Positions 59,212-64,000 of a stretch of DNA of 64,000 bases are shown one piece after another. Numbering within the stretch: position 1 is the stretch's first letter; each line of letters starts with the position of its first letter. The notes beneath the pieces were generated by a model, which worked only from the letters and a program-made list of their open reading frames with translations, did not search any database and was not told the DNA's origin. Source of the DNA: Phoronis australis (taxonomy: Eukaryota; Animalia; Phoronida). A program made the position numbers and the translations under genes. The DNA lies in the NCBI GenBank assembly GCA_002633005.1, contig NMRA01000101.1, forward strand, positions 1 through 64,000, written 5' to 3'.

Positions 59212-61288
59212 TTAAGTAAACATTTATTTCTAAAAACAAACGGATTATTTTGGATGTAGGAGCGTAAGCCTAAATACGAACATTTACGGCATACTAGCAT
59301 GAGGTCATCGACCTCTTTCATAACGACTGCGACATAAAAGTAGGTCAACAGTTCATTGTTGTACACAACACGCACCGGGAGACTGATACGAAACCACGTA
59401 AGCTATGTATAACAGAATCGAGTCGGTGGTTAAGACACGTCGTTATCACGAGATCGAATCAGGGAAATGACAAATTAACGATCGAATTAAGGAATTTGAG
59501 TGAGGATTTATCTTTTTTCACCACTTTCTGAGTTCAAGACCACAAAGGCGTGAGGCGACTTGGAGCACTCGTTCTCAACGGTCGTCACATGTTGAGGCAC
59601 AACTCTCTCGGGATACATAATACGTTCTGTCTTTGTTTTCCCCTGCACTGTTCTATCATGCGTACACCTCGTTGATTCAATATTATGGCGATGCAGTGAA
59701 TGAAAGGACTGAGGGTACATACGAAGCTGCTTTGTACCTGGCGGGAGATTCGATTTGAGTGACAGCCCTGTAACCTTTGACCTCCGATAAGTAGTTAACA
59801 AATTCTACGCGGTTGTGTGGTTCTAAGGTGGTTCTTTTTTCTCGCTACACGATGTATATTTCGTATTTGAAGTTCCCCGCGATTTAAAATAAGGTTTGAG
59901 ATATCCTTAAGGTAGCTCTCCATCTACGCACACGCAAACAAATACGGTCCAAATGTTCACTTGATAACCCCTAGATTCGAGCTACAAGGTCGAGTAAAGT
60001 GTCGAAATTTCGAGTAAAAACTGAAGCCATATTTCGTCACCACGCTCACAGTTGTAGCTTTAATATTGGGAAATAATGGACACTTAATTTTGAGCTGGTG
60101 CTAAAGTAGAACGGAAAAGGTTAAAAATAAGTTTGAGTTGGATTTCGAGCAAAAAGACCCACAGTCTTGAAAGACAATCCTTCCTTTTTCATTACGTGAG
60201 AATAACAATAGAGAGAAACTGAATATGAACACATTTCGTAAATTACAGTTCTGCATGTACTTATTTACGTTTTTGTCAGTACTGGTTTTCATAAAACGAG
60301 AAATTTAGTGGATCGTTCAAGTGTGGCGGCCATTGTGTTGGTGCCCCAACAGAATATCGAACATTAAACTTCAAATTCTGCATTTTTAGAAACTATGTCG
60401 AGATAAAAGATTATTCGTGGTAAGGGTTCTTAAATTATAGGTGATCAGAATTCTCTTTGGTTACAATATGTTAAGTGTGTTGGAAAAATTCTGAGAGGAG
60501 GAACTGGTTTCCGACACGAATACGCAAATACTAAATTATGATGACAAATGCAATCAGATGTTTCACTATTCTGGAAACTGTGAAACAGCTTTCCAAAGAA
60601 ATTAATGAATTTCGTTGCAGTTCGTCTTGCTTCACGAAACTGTCACGAAAACTGCGAAGGAAATCGAAAACCAAAAAAGTATTACAAGGCAAAGTATTAG
60701 TAACACGTAAAAAGATAAAAACAGTAATCAGAAGAGAATCGTTTGAAAATTTTTCCTCCATAATTTCATCGTGTTCTGAAAACTACTCCAAAATATCCCA
60801 AATATAAACGCTGTAAATTCCCTTAATTAATACATATATTTTACTCTCATTAAACCCAAATTAGCTGTTCATTAACAATTAAACAAACTTAATGTCCTTT
60901 TTACCCTGCGCGAAGTCAATCCTAAGAAATCAAGTTGTTGATAAGAATTCCAACAGCCGTATGCGATAAAAACCACGTCCTCGGAGAAGCACGCTTGCCT
61001 CAGTAATTTTCATTAAAGTGACTTAAAAAGGCATTGAAGACAGATAGCAAAATCTTGGCATTACCTTTATTCTTGCTTGGTGACGCTGGATGAGCGAGTG
61101 AATGCGTAGTTTGTCCTGTTCGTACTATGAAGGTAGTGAAATCTGCTTAGTGTTTAAACAAACCACCAGCTTAACAACCAAAGGATTCGTTTATGAAGTC
61201 TTGCTCTTGCATCGGACTAGAAGCCCCCATGCTGCTGAATGCAAATACATTCAGGTGTACTTAAATCTCGCTAATTCTGCTCCTCAGT

Positions 61289-62826
61289 CAGGGCTCGACA
61301 TAACGAGCTGCAGGTCGCATTTGCGACCTGAAATTTGGAAATGCGAGCTGAGATTTTTGTCAGCTCGTATCAAGTCGCAAAATGCGACCTGGAATTTCCA
61401 ACGAATGCGAGCTGAGTTTTTACACTTCTCAACAGATACCTGGCAAATACAAAGCAGCTCTTGTTAATCTGATCGTTATTTGGTTGTTGCCAAATCCAAG
61501 TTCAAAAGAACACTAACCGAGAACAGCCCTCCCGATGACTTGTAAGCAAGTCGCGTGAACNNNNNNNNNNNNNNNNNNNNNNNNNNNNNNNNNNNNNNNN
61601 NNNNNNNNNNNNNNNNNNNNNNNNNNNNNNNNNNNNNNNNNNNNNNNNNNNNNNNNNNNNNNNNNNNNNNNNNNNNNNNNNNNNNNNNNNNNNNNNNNNN
61701 NNNNNNNNNNNNNNNNNNNNNNNNNNNNNNNNNNNNNNNNNNNNNNNNNNNNNNNNNNNNNNNNNNNNNNNNNNNNNNNNNNNNNNNNNNNNNNNNNNNN
61801 NNNNNNNNNNNNNNNNNNNNNNNNNNNNNNNNNNNNNNNNNNNNNNNNNNNNNNNNNNNNNNNNNNNNNNNNNNNNNNNNNNNNNNNNNNNNNNNNNNNN
61901 NNNNNNNNNNNNNNNNNNNNNNNNNNNNNNNNNNNNNNNNNNNNNNNNNNNNNNNNNNNNNNNNNNNNNNNNNNNNNNNNNNNNNNNNNNNNNNNNNNNN
62001 NNNNNNNNNNNNNNNNNNNNNNNNNNNNNNNNNNNNNNNNNNNNNNNNNNNNNNNNNNNNNNNNNNNNNNNNNNNNNNNNNNNNNNNNNNNNNNNNNNNN
62101 NNNNNNNNNNNNNNNNNNNNNNNNNNNNNNNNNNNNNNNNNNNNNNNNNNNNNNNNNNNNNNNNNNNNNNNNNNNNNNNNNNNNNNNNNNNNNNNNNNNN
62201 NNNNNNNNNNNNNNNNNNNNNNNNNNNNNNNNNNNNNNNNNNNNNNNNNNNNNNNNNNNNNNNNNNNNNNNNNNNNNNNNNNNNNNNNNNNNNNNNNNNN
62301 NNNNNNNNNNNNNNNNNNNNNNNNNNNNNNNNNNNNNNNNNNNNNNNNNNNNNNNNNNNNNNNNNNNNNNNNNNNNNNNNNNNNNNNNNNNNNNNNNNNN
62401 NNNNNNNNNNNNNNNNNNNNNNNNNNNNNNNNNNNNNNNNNNNNNNNNNNNNNNNNNNNNNNNNNNNNNNNNNNNNNNNNNNNNNNNNNNNNNNNNNNNN
62501 NNNNNNNNNNNNNNNNNNNNNNNNNNNNNNNNNNNNNNCTTGCGCTCTAGAGACTTTCAATTGCGGTCGTGAAGAACAGTAAGGCCGTACCTGCATGAAT
62601 GAAGTCAATTTTGAGATCCGAAATTTGTGAGCATTTAACGCTGCAGGTAAGAGCATAATCTAAACATTTTCTTGATGATCTAAAAAATCTATTTTGGCGC
62701 GTAAAAATGGCGGGAAAATTTTGCGACCTGGCATTTACGAATGCGAGCTGGATTTTGAAAATGCGACCTGGGATTTTGGCTAGGTCGCAAAATGCGACCT
62801 GGCGATTTTAATAGCGTCGAGCCCTG
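61289..62826. mobile_element. CAG-ended TIR element with 5-bp TSD TCAGT spanning the assembly gap
   Basis: CAGGGCTCGAC / GTCGAGCCCTG; TSD at 61284-61288 and 62827-62831; subterminal TGCGA(C/G)CTG repeats at both ends. Confidence 0.75.
61561..62538. other. Assembly gap (978 N)
   Basis: Run of N. Confidence 1.
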
Positions 62827-64000
62827 TCAGTACGCCAACGAACAAAGGCATCTGATTGTTTACATACTATGCATGTCGGTGATGATCGTCACCGTCACGT
62901 TTCCGTGATTTCAAAGCCCTTGGACAAACGCCTTTAAAGCCTAACTTCAACGGATTTTTTGTTATATTAGATGTACTGGGCTAACCAGATAGTCCTAGCA
63001 AAGCCTTTGTAAAATAAGAAAACGCGAGTCCAATCACGCAAACGTAAGCCCGTCCAGTGAAGCTGCTTTTTCGTGCCATGTTGCGTCACCGCGAGATCCC
63101 AGCACAAGCAACAAAAGGTTGTATTGAATAGGGGTCTGAATAGAACACCATTGCGTGCGGGTATTATTCGCAGCTGTTTGACTTAAAGGGTGATTCTCGC
63201 GGTGACGTAAACAAAAGCGAGCTAATACGCCTAAAAGTTCGTTACATATTTGGCAATTTTTGGCACTAGTGGGCTCAGAGCGATGCTCTTAACATATTGT
63301 AGGAACCAAATTTACAAGTGTTACCGTTGAAGATAGGCTTTAAAGCCGCTGCAAACCTGTCTGGCACTTAAACTTTGAGAAAGCCCTTTAGACTGCTAGC
63401 CACAATGAAAATTAGCATGTTCTTACGCATGTTCTTATTGTTTGAGACCATGCTGGCAGCAAAAATGATCCTTCGTCGCACCCTAACTTTTCAGGCCTGG
63501 TCTGAAGCCTTAAAAACGAAGTGACATTTGTTTTTGAGCGCAAACATCACCCGATTGAGTAAGGAACAAACATGACGCCAGCTTTACAACAATAAGTAGG
63601 CTAAATTGAGAATGAGTTTCACTTATTGTGCTTTCTAAATTCTCGTTCCTGTGATGCGTTTTTCTTCCCTCGTATTAATTTTTGGCTGAAACCGGATCTA
63701 GGTATATCACTGTATCACTGCTGCTCAAAGCAGTATCTTTAGTTCAGTATAATGGAACCTGAGTGACGATGAAAAAACAGAAGCTGCTGGTAAGATGTGA
63801 ATTTTAATCGAAGCCTTAGTGAGTCACTCAGAAACTCATTAATTCTCTCTTTGTCAAACCTTAACTTAAGACGATTTCCAAAGCAATCCCATCATTATTG
63901 CCAACACGAACGGATTTGGTCTTTTGGACATTTGAAGACTATTTTAAATACAACAAATTTGTTAAGAACCGATTGCACAAAATATAAAACGTGTAATAAG

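Noticed and set aside
61502-62656. 384-aa and 331-aa ORFs in the ORF track
   Set aside because: Artefacts of the N gap.

Overview
Repeat-rich animal (probably invertebrate) genomic DNA with spliceosomal introns and one 978-nt assembly gap. There are two host loci. (1) An apparently intact 6-coding-exon zinc transporter of the SLC30A2/3/4/8 (ZnT) group on the minus strand (43318-55079, 400 aa). (2) A decayed, intron-containing SLC5A3/SMIT1-like sodium/myo-inositol cotransporter pseudogene on the plus strand (~26.6-37.0 kb). The first 18.6 kb is a degenerate tandem array of a ~1.95-kb unit of unidentified origin, interrupted by nested transposons. The most notable mobile DNA is three internally deleted Kolobok-type DNA transposons with TTAA target sites. 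Each has a THAP-domain transposase N-terminus converging on a KolX (P2X7 C-terminus-like) gene. One (49348-51041) keeps an open 335-aa THAP ORF and has ~155-bp TIRs that each carry ETS-CRE and E2F-type motifs. Also present: two Penelope-like retroelements with minimal hammerhead ribozymes, a microhomology-joined complex duplication, two DINE-1/Helentron-like elements, a hAT transposase relic with a solo LTR inside it, CAG-ended MITEs with 5-bp TSDs, and LINE fragments. All assignments come from manual reading and recalled family motifs; no database search was run.
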